Origin: a virus
Taxonomy: Duplodnaviria; Caudoviricetes
Direction: 5' to 3' (one strand)
Virus record (IMG/VR): IMGVR_UViG_3300012346_000267
Location: 1-55,952 of that record
DNA: 55,952 nucleotides
Shown: piece after piece, positions 1-10,703 of the stretch
Layout: each line of letters begins with the position of its first letter
Position numbering within the stretch: position 1 is the first letter of the stretch
The notes under the pieces: generated by a model
The model's input: only the letters and a program-made list of their open reading frames with translations
The model's database searches: none
Told to the model about the DNA's origin: nothing
Program-made: the position numbers and the translations under genes

Positions 1-846
1 GTGCAAGAAATAGCAGACCAATCATACCAAGAAAAATTTGAAAAAGTTACTCAAGCACAAGAGCAAATTCGCTTATTAAATATGAGCGAAAGAGATAGAG
101 AATTTATGGAAGTTCAACTATGGCATGAGGAACAATTTAAACTATTAAGCGAAGCTGGTGAATCTACATATACATTAGAACAAGTAAGACTATCAAAGTT
201 AGCAGAATTGAAGTCCAAGTATATGGAAGAGGATATGCAGAAAGAGCAAGAAAGAGTTAACAAAGAAAACGCAATCAATCAAGCTAGAATATCAGTAGTG
301 CATGACCATGCTTCCGCAGTGCTTAGTGCTGGTAAAGCAGTGGCAGGACTATACAAGAAAAATGGAGTAGCTTTAAAAGCCTTTGCCATGGGCGAAGTGT
401 TGGTCAATACATCGAGAGCAGTAGCTGGAGCATTGGCTCCCCCTCCTACCGGGTTAGGGCCAGTATACGGGATACCATTGTCTTTACTAATGGCGGTCAA
501 AGGTGGGGCAGAGTTGGCCACAGTGGCTAGGCAAAAATTCGCTAAGGGTGGTTTTCCCTCAGGAAGAAATGCCCTAGTGCAAGTTAACGAACAGGGTCAG
601 GAATCTATACTAAACGCAAACGCTACATCAAGACTTGGTGTAGGTGCTATTAATGCAATAAACAACAATACATCACAAGCTGGTGGTATCACTAATCATA
701 TTAGCTATGCACCTACATTGACTATAGGTGATGGTTCAAGTGCTTCTTCACTATCTATCATGGATGCTTTAGAAAAAGACAAGAAAAGATTTGCGGACTT
801 CTTTGTGAACAATATATCTAAGAAAGGATATTTAAATTTTGCGTAG
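1..846 (+). CDS. Tape measure protein, C-terminal part (continues from 54494..55952)
   Basis: Helical E/Q/K-rich start, Ala/Gly-rich middle and FAKGG...VNEQGQESILNANAT motif typical of TMP C-termini; joins the ORF at the right end in frame with a 1-nt overlap. Confidence 0.85.
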   Translation: MQEIADQSYQEKFEKVTQAQEQIRLLNMSERDREFMEVQLWHEEQFKLLSEAGESTYTLEQVRLSKLAELKSKYMEEDMQKEQERVNKENAINQARISVVHDHASAVLSAGKAVAGLYKKNGVALKAFAMGEVLVNTSRAVAGALAPPPTGLGPVYGIPLSLLMAVKGGAELATVARQKFAKGGFPSGRNALVQVNEQGQESILNANATSRLGVGAINAINNNTSQAGGITNHISYAPTLTIGDGSSASSLSIMDALEKDKKRFADFFVNNISKKGYLNFA

Positions 847-1183
847 TGTAATAACATGGGAAATCGTGACCCTACTAATGGGTTCATTTGTGACAGTAAT
901 GACATATATATTCAACCTTCAGAAAATGAAGCAGAACCCTGCTACTAACAATGAAACAAGTGGACTAAACACATACATACAAGAGCAAGTTAAAATACTA
1001 ATGACAATGACTAATAGCTTCACAAAGCTGGAAGGTATATTGATTGCTCACCATGAAAAGATGTGTAGTCACCATGACAAACTTGAATTTATTAAAATGC
1101 AAGTATTAGATATTAATAATGGTATGGACTTAGTAATTAAAAGAACAGACGACATTCACGAGCATATACATCCAGCTAAATAA
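839..1183 (+). CDS. Small protein with one N-terminal transmembrane helix and a coiled coil; possible holin-like protein
   Basis: WEIVTLLMGSFVTVMTYIF hydrophobic segment, then heptad-like region; start codon uncertain. Confidence 0.4.
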   Translation: MRSVITWEIVTLLMGSFVTVMTYIFNLQKMKQNPATNNETSGLNTYIQEQVKILMTMTNSFTKLEGILIAHHEKMCSHHDKLEFIKMQVLDINNGMDLVIKRTDDIHEHIHPAK

Positions 1184-1184
1184 C

Positions 1185-1550
1185 ATGGCGACAATTAATC
1201 TAGATAATTTTAAAATTGAATACCAATATCCCATTGTACATTCTACGGTTGAAAATAAAATATCATATCGTAAAGATAATATGCAGTGGAACAATACACT
1301 ATTCACAAATACATCATGGACTCATTCTACTTGTCTACTATCATTAAAGGTTAGAACTGATTCATGGGCATCCTTACTAGCTTTGCTTGAAGGAAATAGA
1401 ATTTTTTTAAATACATTGATTACCACTGGTGTCGCTCCATTTGGTGATGGTATCGAAACAAATAATGTATATTTAAAAAATGTGTCTCCCAGTGAAAGAA
1501 TTATGTTTGAGTGGCGGTCTCTGCAATTGGAATTACTTAGGATTGATTAA
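1185..1550 (+). CDS. Putative distal tail / tail-tip protein
   Basis: Position after the TMP, beta-rich 121 aa; synteny only. Confidence 0.45.
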   Translation: MATINLDNFKIEYQYPIVHSTVENKISYRKDNMQWNNTLFTNTSWTHSTCLLSLKVRTDSWASLLALLEGNRIFLNTLITTGVAPFGDGIETNNVYLKNVSPSERIMFEWRSLQLELLRID

Positions 1551-1552
1551 TA

Positions 1553-4500
1553 ATGAAGTTTAATTCCTTATCAATATCACATGCTATTAATTTTTATAGC
1601 TTTAAAGTTGTATTGAATACATCCTCTACATCCGTTACAAACGAATCAGGAATAGTATTCCATACATTCCTTGATGGTTCCATACAACCACTATTAATGG
1701 GTAACAATACATTAGAAGCCTCTATCACTATTGATGAAATGACAGAGACAGAATTTGCCGACTTAAAATCTTTCTTGATTGAAAATTCTGGGAGTGCTAT
1801 ATACATATCGGAGGAGCATTCAAAGGAAAAACTTTTTACTGAATCGTGGCCATATTTAAACTACTATGCAACCGTTTTAGAAGTAGGTAGCTTTCAACAG
1901 GCAGACTATACACCAACTAGGAGTCTTTATTCATTAGTATTAAAACTATCTTTGATTGGCAATACATTAGAATCAGATGTACCCTTTGTAACTTCATTCG
2001 ACCAATTAGTGAAGATCAATACCATACCTTTAGCAATACATAGCGCAACCGCTCCTGCTTCTCCTTCAGAAAACACTCAGTGGTTTAATACAACCACTAG
2101 AGACTTGAGCGTATACTTAAACTCCGCTTGGAGTAAACTATATACACTCGCTCCTAATTCCACTTCTATTGGTTGGGTCAATGGAGCTTTTCATTTTTCG
2201 TCTTTTAATCAAGCTATACTAAATGACATTACATACATGCCCGGATTTATTACCCATCGAGGAATTGAACTACCAAACAGGTCTATAGATATAGACAAAG
2301 GGCCATCTATTGAATACTTAAACGGTTTTAGATTCTCTATAGATAACAACCATACTGCTCTCTCAGAAAAATTTTGGGACTTTGTTTTGCAAAATAGAAT
2401 GGTTTTATTTGGTGCAGAAATTAAACTATACATATACCATAATAGTACTTACTACTTAAAAATGACTGGTATCAATAAACAAAACTCCTTTAGCTATACT
2501 GACTATACATTCGATGTTGAACCTCTAAACTTTATTAATTCAACATTGTATCCCAATACATACACTCAGAAAAGCCGACCGAGGTTCACCAATACAAAGA
2601 AAGAATTACTAGACAAGCCATCCTTTGTTACATTTGGTAATTGGGATAAAATGGCTTTGCAGGATGTATCTGCTGAAATTTCTAATGTGGTAGGCAATGT
2701 AGCATCCACTGGAACTGAGACAAGTATATTTAATGGCCAAGTATACCAAATAATAGGTCAACCATTAAAGTACATAACAACTTCATTATTGTATAGCATA
2801 CCTCAGGAAGTAGTGGACGATATAAATACAAACCCCTCACAGTACGCAATTTTAATTAATGGATGTACTGCAACCGATACAGAGAATGTAGGTGTCACTA
2901 GAAATGTAGTATCAATAGATAATACCACTGGACAAGCATATCACGCCTTTATTGAATTAGATTACCCAGTACCTACACTTAGTTCAAATATTTTTTATAT
3001 AATTGTAAAGTCCCAGTACCAGTATCAAATGAATGATAATGACCTTCCATCAAATGCAATAGGAACTGACCAATACATATTTGATTCTAAAGATCAAAAG
3101 TTTAAAGAAATACCTTCAGTGGCATTTCAACCTAATGCCGATTTAAATATGCTTACTGTCATTGCCAGTGAAAGTGGTAATATAAGTAAACTTACTGACT
3201 ATGTAGCCATCGGAAATAAATTTCCAAGAACCATGCAAACCAACATGTTACCAATAGGCGGTGATAGTGGATATATATACGACTCAGTTTTGTATGATAC
3301 TCACTTAAATCCGTTTGGTAGAACTGGAGCAAAAGGTTTTATTTTTTATAATGATACATCCTTAGTGGATGACAATACTTCAAAGGATACAGTTGCCCCT
3401 ACATACACATTGACATGCAAGCAATCAATAGCTGGAGGTAGTGAATATGTACCAGCATCTGATGCCAATATATTTGTGGCTGGCTTAAAAATAATTGTCA
3501 ATCATAATAATGATTCCCAATTACTTAATAAAAAAAATATCCGATTATGCTTGGCAGTAAAAATGTCGGCAACTATGAATATCGAAAATACTCCTACATA
3601 TAGAGAAAGACCGTGTGGGTTTTCTTTAGTGGTTAGGTTTGTCAGGTATAATGGAACATACATAGACAATGACGACTGGGTTCATAAACTAGACCATAAC
3701 TATTTAAGTATCGGTAATACTTCACATCCTAATAGACATACTATACATGTTAATAATTTTCCTGATGGTAATAGAGGTACTGGCGGATTCAGTTTAAATC
3801 CTTTACCAATTACAAAATATTATGATGTACAGATAGCAACAATGGGAAGTACTGGGGCACTAAATAGTATCATACTAAACCTACTGGCTAATGACATGGT
3901 ATTCGATACTACCACTTTTCAATTTAAAATGGCTTCAAGGTGGCCCGGAGGTGGCAGGTTTGATTTGGTAGAAGATGCTTATCCGTATCCTGTAGTAGGG
4001 GCAAAGGTATTGTATAATAATGCTATATATACATTCACAGGATTTGGATTAACCTTTCAATACAATGTAGACACTACTGCTTACAATACATTGAGAGGAC
4101 AAGAACTATTTAAACTCGATTCTTTATTTGAAGCCAATGCCCCTTTGTGGTCAGATGTAGCTAGTATTGAAATATGTATGCTTGCCAATGCCTACGAAGA
4201 ACAACCACTATTTAGAAATGCCGATGGTGTCGCTTTTACTACTGATATAACCACTACACAAAAAGGTAGATTATACGACCCTATCACTACTATAAATAAA
4301 ATTCAATTGTTAGACGACCCTACATTGTATGCGGCTGATGAATTTAATATTGAAGGTAAAGTTATTTTTACTTCAGGAACTGGCAGAATACTTACATCAT
4401 TAATAGGTGATAGGACTACTAACCCTAAAGGTATTATTACTGATATAATGAATGAAATGTATGCATCCTCTAAGTGGGACTATTCTACTTTAAACACCTT

Positions 4501-5353
4501 GTTTAATCAGTATAGTAGATCAACTATACAAAGATTTAGAAAGCAATTTGTTAAGCAAGAAAAATCCGAAGCAGTATTGACTGACATACTAGAAGCATTA
4601 TTTGCTTGTGCCATTACTACCCCAGAAAATAAGATAGCTTTTAAATCTTTAGCTTCAGAAGACTATCCTACACCGGCACATGTATTTAACCAATCAAACA
4701 TATTAAATGGTTCCGTGCAAAAGCCCAAGTTTAGGAAAATAGAGAATGTATACCAATCATTTGTGCTTAAGTATGGTGAGTCTCCAGTGGCTCAATTCTT
4801 TTCTACAGAACCAAAGTATTCATTTCAGAATGTATACAAGCCTTCAGATACATTACTGGAACCAGAAATAAGAAATGTATTGAGCCAATCTTCTTTATTG
4901 TATAATAGTAATAATGAATTAGTAAAAGAACTATCATACCATTATGAAAATATACCTACTCAATTTGCTAAAAATATAATAGAACACTATGTATTTAATG
5001 CTTGGACTATTAAATTTTCAGTATCTATAAATCCTTTCTATCTATCCTCTGAAGTAAACTTGATGGACTATGTATCTTTAGCATTAGACTACCATACTAA
5101 TGGTGAAGCATTAGAAGGCTTTATAATTGATATAGAACCTAATCTATATGAAGGGTTTGTTGAACTAACTTTGTTCATCACATCACCACCAGATAAAAAT
5201 GCTTTTGTATGTGAACTACTGAAGGATGCTTTAAACGAAAATAGAGACCTCAATATATTGACAGCGAATGACGCTGGTAATGAAAATAGAATATTAAGCG
5301 AGTATACAGCAGACGATGCAAAAGACGAAAATCGAACCTTTACATGTGAGTAA
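1553..5353 (+). CDS. Large tail-tip / hub / central fibre protein (1266 aa)
   Basis: Size and position after the TMP; C-terminal hub-like segment (LMDYVSLALDY...GFIIDIEPNLYEGFVELTL). Confidence 0.6.
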   Translation: MKFNSLSISHAINFYSFKVVLNTSSTSVTNESGIVFHTFLDGSIQPLLMGNNTLEASITIDEMTETEFADLKSFLIENSGSAIYISEEHSKEKLFTESWPYLNYYATVLEVGSFQQADYTPTRSLYSLVLKLSLIGNTLESDVPFVTSFDQLVKINTIPLAIHSATAPASPSENTQWFNTTTRDLSVYLNSAWSKLYTLAPNSTSIGWVNGAFHFSSFNQAILNDITYMPGFITHRGIELPNRSIDIDKGPSIEYLNGFRFSIDNNHTALSEKFWDFVLQNRMVLFGAEIKLYIYHNSTYYLKMTGINKQNSFSYTDYTFDVEPLNFINSTLYPNTYTQKSRPRFTNTKKELLDKPSFVTFGNWDKMALQDVSAEISNVVGNVASTGTETSIFNGQVYQIIGQPLKYITTSLLYSIPQEVVDDINTNPSQYAILINGCTATDTENVGVTRNVVSIDNTTGQAYHAFIELDYPVPTLSSNIFYIIVKSQYQYQMNDNDLPSNAIGTDQYIFDSKDQKFKEIPSVAFQPNADLNMLTVIASESGNISKLTDYVAIGNKFPRTMQTNMLPIGGDSGYIYDSVLYDTHLNPFGRTGAKGFIFYNDTSLVDDNTSKDTVAPTYTLTCKQSIAGGSEYVPASDANIFVAGLKIIVNHNNDSQLLNKKNIRLCLAVKMSATMNIENTPTYRERPCGFSLVVRFVRYNGTYIDNDDWVHKLDHNYLSIGNTSHPNRHTIHVNNFPDGNRGTGGFSLNPLPITKYYDVQIATMGSTGALNSIILNLLANDMVFDTTTFQFKMASRWPGGGRFDLVEDAYPYPVVGAKVLYNNAIYTFTGFGLTFQYNVDTTAYNTLRGQELFKLDSLFEANAPLWSDVASIEICMLANAYEEQPLFRNADGVAFTTDITTTQKGRLYDPITTINKIQLLDDPTLYAADEFNIEGKVIFTSGTGRILTSLIGDRTTNPKGIITDIMNEMYASSKWDYSTLNTLFNQYSRSTIQRFRKQFVKQEKSEAVLTDILEALFACAITTPENKIAFKSLASEDYPTPAHVFNQSNILNGSVQKPKFRKIENVYQSFVLKYGESPVAQFFSTEPKYSFQNVYKPSDTLLEPEIRNVLSQSSLLYNSNNELVKELSYHYENIPTQFAKNIIEHYVFNAWTIKFSVSINPFYLSSEVNLMDYVSLALDYHTNGEALEGFIIDIEPNLYEGFVELTLFITSPPDKNAFVCELLKDALNENRDLNILTANDAGNENRILSEYTADDAKDENRTFTCE

Positions 5354-5356
5354 TAT

Positions 5357-8152
5357 ATGGCAGATAAAAAATACCAACAACACATAGACGGCACTACTAG
5401 AGCCACTTTGGAACCAGCATTGGTCACTAAAGAAATCGGGTACAATGCAGATACTACTAAGAAGGAGCTTATATATAAAGTCTCCACTGGTGTATATGTA
5501 CATTTTCCTTCAGAGGAACGGCTACTTATTAATAGTACTTCCTCTGGCTCTGGTGCTAACATTATCAATGTATCTAGTGAAACATTCAACCTACTAACTG
5601 CTGGAAGTATACAGAATGTATTTCAACAAATAGATACATTACTAGCTGGTGGAGTAGGTGGTGATAATCTATCCAATACATCGGTAATTTTTGGTATTGA
5701 TGAAGATAATAATTCCACTACCGAGTCCTTTATATGGCGAAATAATGGTTCAAATACATTGATGAAGCTATGGGAGTCAGGAGAGCTAGTACTTGGAGGA
5801 GAAGCTAATCAAAATAAACTAACAATAATTGCTAATACAGCCACTGAAAACACTAGAGGTCTATGTATAGTTAATGAGAATAATACTTTCGCTGGTACTT
5901 CAGAAATCACATTCAACACGGTACAAGATGGGACGACTTCTTTCAGAGCAATGTTAGTAGGTAGTAAGTATGTATCTGGAACAAATACAAATGCAGGATT
6001 AACTGCTAATAACAGAGGTAGATTTGATATATATGTACAAAATAATAACACTATGATTCCAGTGTTTCGTATTGGGTATAATGGTTCTGCTTCACTAGGT
6101 ACATCACAAGCAGGTGCGCAAGCGGATAAATATGACCACACTTCGTTTCCAGATGGTTCATTAGATATACAGGGTAGGATGCTTATTAAGAATGGAGGTA
6201 GTACCGGTTTTGATTCAGTTGATTCGCTAATGGTAAGAAATTCAACCAGTAATCCCGGCATTACATTCTACTCAGAAAGTTCCCCTACTGGAAGGTCTCG
6301 TATACAATCCACAAATACATCCTTAATTGTTAATAGGTTAGTAACTGGTACTACAGATATGCAGATACTAGGTACATCAAGGCTATATATTGAAGCTGAT
6401 GGTGATATTGGTATCGGTACTACAAGTCCTACTGCTGGTTGCGTACATACATTAGGAAAAAATTTAAGAGTAGAAAGAACCGACGATAACTTAACCACAA
6501 GTCTAATAGGCAATGATGGTTCTGCTTTATACTTAAATGAATCATACATACAATACGATTCTGGTTCTCAAGACTTTGAAATAAACCTACCTTACCATGC
6601 GAACTTGGAATATAAGTTATGGGTTTCTGGGGCATCTCAGATATACATCATGGATTATACTAGCTCCCTATTACAGTTTAATTCATTTAATGACATGAGA
6701 TTTGGTATAGATGGTTCAAACCTTAATACTACAAATAAGTTTTCTTGGATAACTAATGGGTCAACTACACTAATGACTTTAAATGAGGCTGGTAAGTTAG
6801 GTATAGGTATAGATACACCAGATTCATTACTACATATATATAGTAGCAATGCTGGTGCTTTTACTGCTTCTGCTAGTTCTTTATTAACTCTTGAAAGTGG
6901 AGATAACTCCTTAATTCAATTTTTAGCCCCTTCTTCAGGTACATCGACTGGAATTGATTTTAGTAATAATGTCACTATATCTAAAGCAAACGACAATAAA
7001 TTAAAGATTAATTCTCCTGAGTATATAGAGATTACAACCACTATGCAACTTCCGGGCAATAGTGGAGGTATAATATTTACAAGTGTAGATATATTCTTAA
7101 ATGGGCCTACTAGATTAATTGCAAGTACTGCGGACAAGGTTCCATTAAGGTTCGGTATAGGAGTAGCGCCTACAAATGCGTTATACATGGACGATGGAGA
7201 TATGTATGCAACTACTGGTGGATTGTTTTATCGTCACTCAGGAACTGCATATAACCTAATTAAACCTACCTCATTCACTATTGAGAATACATCTGGTGTT
7301 GCGAACTTATATATACTTCCAGCTGCTTCCAGTACTGCTGGTATTATGTTTAAAGCAGATGAAAGAGTATCACTCATATTTAACAATGCAGACGATTATT
7401 TAACACTGGCTAACTATGACGCTGGTATGGCTATTACTACTAGCTATCAATTGTCTATATATGGAGCCAATGGAGTAAGTATATCTACTGGCGGTAAAGT
7501 AACTTTGACAAGTTGTTATATAGATTATAACCAACCATTAGCCTTTGGAGATGGTCTCACTGATGGGGATTATAGAACTATCAGAAGTGGAAATAATTTA
7601 GTTACGCAAAGGAGGGAGAGCAGTACATGGGTAACTAAATTAACTGTCACTCCTACTCCAGTAGTTATACTGCCTACCTTTGCGGATGTGATGGCCAATT
7701 GTACATCTACTGCACATAGAACAATTAGTATATTAGAGGCCGATGTATTCTTAATTGAGAATACTATTTCATCGGTTAAATATGACGCAATAAGGGTTAG
7801 TAGTTCTGGAATAATAATAGGTGATGGTAATTCTTCAGGAGTACCGGTAACCATACAAACAGGTTATAATCCATTAGCATTGTCGGCTATCAATACAATG
7901 ACCTTAGACGCTAATGCAATTGAACTAACTGGAACAGTGGATGTAGTAGGAACACTAGATGCTACCAGTGATATATCTTCAGAAGGTGCAATATCCGCTA
8001 CCACTGGTATGTATGCCGGAGGTGTTGTATATATTAATGGTAATGAATCAACTGATAATTCATGGCGTATTGGATACGACACTGGTAATACAAACCTAGT
8101 AATTCAAAAGCGAGTGGCTGGTAGTTGGGTAACAAAGCAGACTATCACATGA
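5357..8152 (+). CDS. Tail fibre / receptor-binding protein (931 aa)
   Basis: GDIGIGTTSP and GKLGIGIDTPDSLLHI fibre repeats; G/S/T/N-rich; internally duplicated modules. Confidence 0.8.
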   Translation: MADKKYQQHIDGTTRATLEPALVTKEIGYNADTTKKELIYKVSTGVYVHFPSEERLLINSTSSGSGANIINVSSETFNLLTAGSIQNVFQQIDTLLAGGVGGDNLSNTSVIFGIDEDNNSTTESFIWRNNGSNTLMKLWESGELVLGGEANQNKLTIIANTATENTRGLCIVNENNTFAGTSEITFNTVQDGTTSFRAMLVGSKYVSGTNTNAGLTANNRGRFDIYVQNNNTMIPVFRIGYNGSASLGTSQAGAQADKYDHTSFPDGSLDIQGRMLIKNGGSTGFDSVDSLMVRNSTSNPGITFYSESSPTGRSRIQSTNTSLIVNRLVTGTTDMQILGTSRLYIEADGDIGIGTTSPTAGCVHTLGKNLRVERTDDNLTTSLIGNDGSALYLNESYIQYDSGSQDFEINLPYHANLEYKLWVSGASQIYIMDYTSSLLQFNSFNDMRFGIDGSNLNTTNKFSWITNGSTTLMTLNEAGKLGIGIDTPDSLLHIYSSNAGAFTASASSLLTLESGDNSLIQFLAPSSGTSTGIDFSNNVTISKANDNKLKINSPEYIEITTTMQLPGNSGGIIFTSVDIFLNGPTRLIASTADKVPLRFGIGVAPTNALYMDDGDMYATTGGLFYRHSGTAYNLIKPTSFTIENTSGVANLYILPAASSTAGIMFKADERVSLIFNNADDYLTLANYDAGMAITTSYQLSIYGANGVSISTGGKVTLTSCYIDYNQPLAFGDGLTDGDYRTIRSGNNLVTQRRESSTWVTKLTVTPTPVVILPTFADVMANCTSTAHRTISILEADVFLIENTISSVKYDAIRVSSSGIIIGDGNSSGVPVTIQTGYNPLALSAINTMTLDANAIELTGTVDVVGTLDATSDISSEGAISATTGMYAGGVVYINGNESTDNSWRIGYDTGNTNLVIQKRVAGSWVTKQTIT

Positions 8153-8964
8153 TTATACGATTAATGTTTGCATACTATAAAGAGTGTCCCATATACTATA
8201 AGCTACTAGAAGAAGCAAAGCAGTATAGAGGAGAACATCAATTTCAATTCAGAATAGCACAAGGTTCTGTTATTCACGATGTGCGTAATGTATTGATTGC
8301 AGAATGTACTATCATACCTACTAACTTTGTATTACCTGAGTTTGATGTAGGTATTATGGTAGATAGTGACTGCGTCGGTTCTCTGGAAGATGCAATATAC
8401 TTAGCTGAAACTGACTATGATATAATAGGCCTACCGTACATGTTAAGGGGCAGCAAAAATAAATACAATGCTGGTTTTATTCTTAAAAATGGATTCGACC
8501 ACTTACCGGTACATACCTCAGGAATGATGGAAGTACATGGCCAAGGTAATGGATTCAAAGCAATCAAGAAAAAAGTTTTTGAAGCAATACCTCCATGCTG
8601 GTTCTGGCCTGAAATTATTACCTTTGAAGATGGTAGCATGGCTAGTCTAGTTGAGGATTGGGCATTTGACCGCAAGGCTCGGAAAGCTGGCTTCCGCGTC
8701 TGGTGTAATTTTGATAGGCCAGTGAAACATAACCCGAACCAAGGAGCATACATGACCGTAGAAGATACATCGGCTAAACAGCCACCACAAGCCCCACAGC
8801 AACCTCAAGGCATTAGTCTTATGGATTTAATGCTAAGAGCTTCAACTCACTCCACAAAGGCTACAACCTCTATACAGGAGCTAACTAGCATAGTGACCAT
8901 GCTGGTTGAAGTAGTTGAACAACAAAATAAGCGTATCACTGAATTGTCAAACAAGCAAACCTAG
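8149..8964 (+). CDS. GT-A (GT2-like) glycosyltransferase with C-terminal coiled-coil extension
   Basis: MVDSD (DxD), GNGFKAIKKKVFEAI and EDWAFDRKARKAGFRVW motifs of phage GT-A proteins; ATG at 8149 overlaps the fibre stop (ATGA). Confidence 0.7.
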   Translation: MIIRLMFAYYKECPIYYKLLEEAKQYRGEHQFQFRIAQGSVIHDVRNVLIAECTIIPTNFVLPEFDVGIMVDSDCVGSLEDAIYLAETDYDIIGLPYMLRGSKNKYNAGFILKNGFDHLPVHTSGMMEVHGQGNGFKAIKKKVFEAIPPCWFWPEIITFEDGSMASLVEDWAFDRKARKAGFRVWCNFDRPVKHNPNQGAYMTVEDTSAKQPPQAPQQPQGISLMDLMLRASTHSTKATTSIQELTSIVTMLVEVVEQQNKRITELSNKQT

Positions 8965-8970
8965 TGCTTG

Positions 8971-9013
8971 GGTCGGGATGTATCGGAGTCGGCTCCCTTC
9001 GATACACTCGATT
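8971..9013 (+). terminator. GC-rich hairpin ending the structural operon
   Basis: TGTATCGGAG pairs with CTTCGATACA and outer TCGGG pairs with CTCGA; followed by AT-rich sequence; U-tract is weak. Confidence 0.55.
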
Positions 9014-9362
9014 TAATATTAATATTATATTAATGTTAATATTAATATTATCTATAATGATAATATTAATGTTAAAAACTCCAACACATATATGAGCCTA
9101 TACATAGATTGATGTATATATACTAAAATTTTAATTTGTTTAGTATATCTCCACGCTAATGTATACAATATTAGTATTATATTATCTAGATATTTAATAT
9201 TAATATTATAAATTAAATAAATAGTATATACAAACCCGTTGAATTTTTATTAATGAAAATATTATAAATTGTAAGTCGTTGAAAAATATGGACTTATATA
9301 ATTAATATTTATATTATAAATTATTTTACACTCAAACTTTAAAATGAAATTAAATTGAGTGT
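9011..9362. promoter_or_regulatory. Very AT-rich intergenic region with TAATATTAAT repeats; likely promoter region for replication genes, possible origin
   Basis: Almost no G/C over long stretches; repeated TAATAT; imperfect TTGAAT/TTGAAA -35-like boxes at 9239 and 9279. Confidence 0.45.
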
Positions 9363-10703
9363 ATGATAAATCCAAAAATACTAGCCCCTCACCAAGTAAC
9401 TGCGCTGGAAAAACTAGCTACTAAAAATAGTAGCCCAATTTTCATGTCAATGCGACTCGGAAAAAATTTAGTAATTATAAGGCACTTACAAAGTAAAGGC
9501 CTTAATTTACATAACTTCAAAATTTTATTTGTAACTACTATTGGAGCAATGGATAGCATACATAATGAACTAATGAGTGAAGGTGAACAGGTAACAATAT
9601 TAAGAGGTACAAAGCCTCAAAGATTAAAGACTCTAGCTTCCTACAGTAAAGGTTGGTTAGTAGTAAACTATGAATCATGTTCCATATACAACATACATAA
9701 GATGGATTGGAAAGTTATCATACTAGATGAATCTATTAAGATAGCAAATCCTAAATCAAACTTAACTAAGTATTTCTTATCTAGTGCATGGAACCATGTT
9801 AAGTATAGATACCTTTTAAATGGCGCACCTAACCCAGAAAGTGACATGCAATTAGTTAGTCAATTCTTATTCACAAATAAAGTATTTATGGACTGCTATA
9901 ATTTCTGGCAGTATAGAAATAGATACTACATTAAAAACGGCGAATGGGATTACATACCAAAGACAGGACACAAAAAAGATTTAATCGACTATGTACATAC
10001 TCATGCAATTGTAATGTATAGAGGTGACATTGGTATTGGTTCTTTAAAGGAATATTCAAAGCGTATACTATCTGCTAATGCAGAGCAAATAAAAGCTACT
10101 AAGGAACTAATCGAAAACTATGAGGTGAATGGAGTACAATACAAAAACGAATTAGGAGTTCAAGTTGGGCTAGCGTATATAGCCGGCGGCCTTCTTCCTT
10201 CAGAGGACGGAAAGCATGTATTAATATCCGATGTAAAGATTAAAGAACTGCTACATATTATTAGTAGTAACTACGGAGAGAAGATACTAGTATGGACTAG
10301 GTTTGTATCTGAGCAATATCATATAAGTAAAGCATTAGTCAAACATGACATTGAACACATAGTAATTAATGGAAGTATTGAACCTACGGACAGAATAGAA
10401 ATTAAAAAAGAATTTGACAAAAGCAAAACATGTAATGTAGCACTATTAACTATTGCCTCATGCGCTAAAGGGCAAGACTGGTCTCTAGCAAATACATCCG
10501 TATTCTATTCTAATGAATGGAGCAATGACCTTAGAATACAAGCCGAAGAAAGAATGATACATGTACATAAAAAGGAACCAATAGTTATTATAGATTTATT
10601 AACTAATGGATGTATTGATGGAGAAGTTCTTTTTGCCCTTAAAGAAAAAACCTTTAATGTGAAACAAGTAATGAGTAACTTTGTAGCCAAACTAAGTAAG
10701 TAA
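9363..10703 (+). CDS. SNF2-like superfamily 2 helicase
   Basis: LAPHQ Q-motif, MRLGK motif I, VVNYE, IILDES motif II, LNGAP motif III, RIQAEERM motif VI. Confidence 0.85.
   Translation: MINPKILAPHQVTALEKLATKNSSPIFMSMRLGKNLVIIRHLQSKGLNLHNFKILFVTTIGAMDSIHNELMSEGEQVTILRGTKPQRLKTLASYSKGWLVVNYESCSIYNIHKMDWKVIILDESIKIANPKSNLTKYFLSSAWNHVKYRYLLNGAPNPESDMQLVSQFLFTNKVFMDCYNFWQYRNRYYIKNGEWDYIPKTGHKKDLIDYVHTHAIVMYRGDIGIGSLKEYSKRILSANAEQIKATKELIENYEVNGVQYKNELGVQVGLAYIAGGLLPSEDGKHVLISDVKIKELLHIISSNYGEKILVWTRFVSEQYHISKALVKHDIEHIVINGSIEPTDRIEIKKEFDKSKTCNVALLTIASCAKGQDWSLANTSVFYSNEWSNDLRIQAEERMIHVHKKEPIVIIDLLTNGCIDGEVLFALKEKTFNVKQVMSNFVAKLSK

Noticed and set aside
5357-8152. Diversity-generating retroelement targeting the fibre
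   Set aside because: No reverse transcriptase and no near-identical template/variable repeat pair differing at adenines was seen
8965-9013. GC-rich element as an HDV-like or other ribozyme
   Set aside because: I could not build a nested double pseudoknot; a simple hairpin explains it
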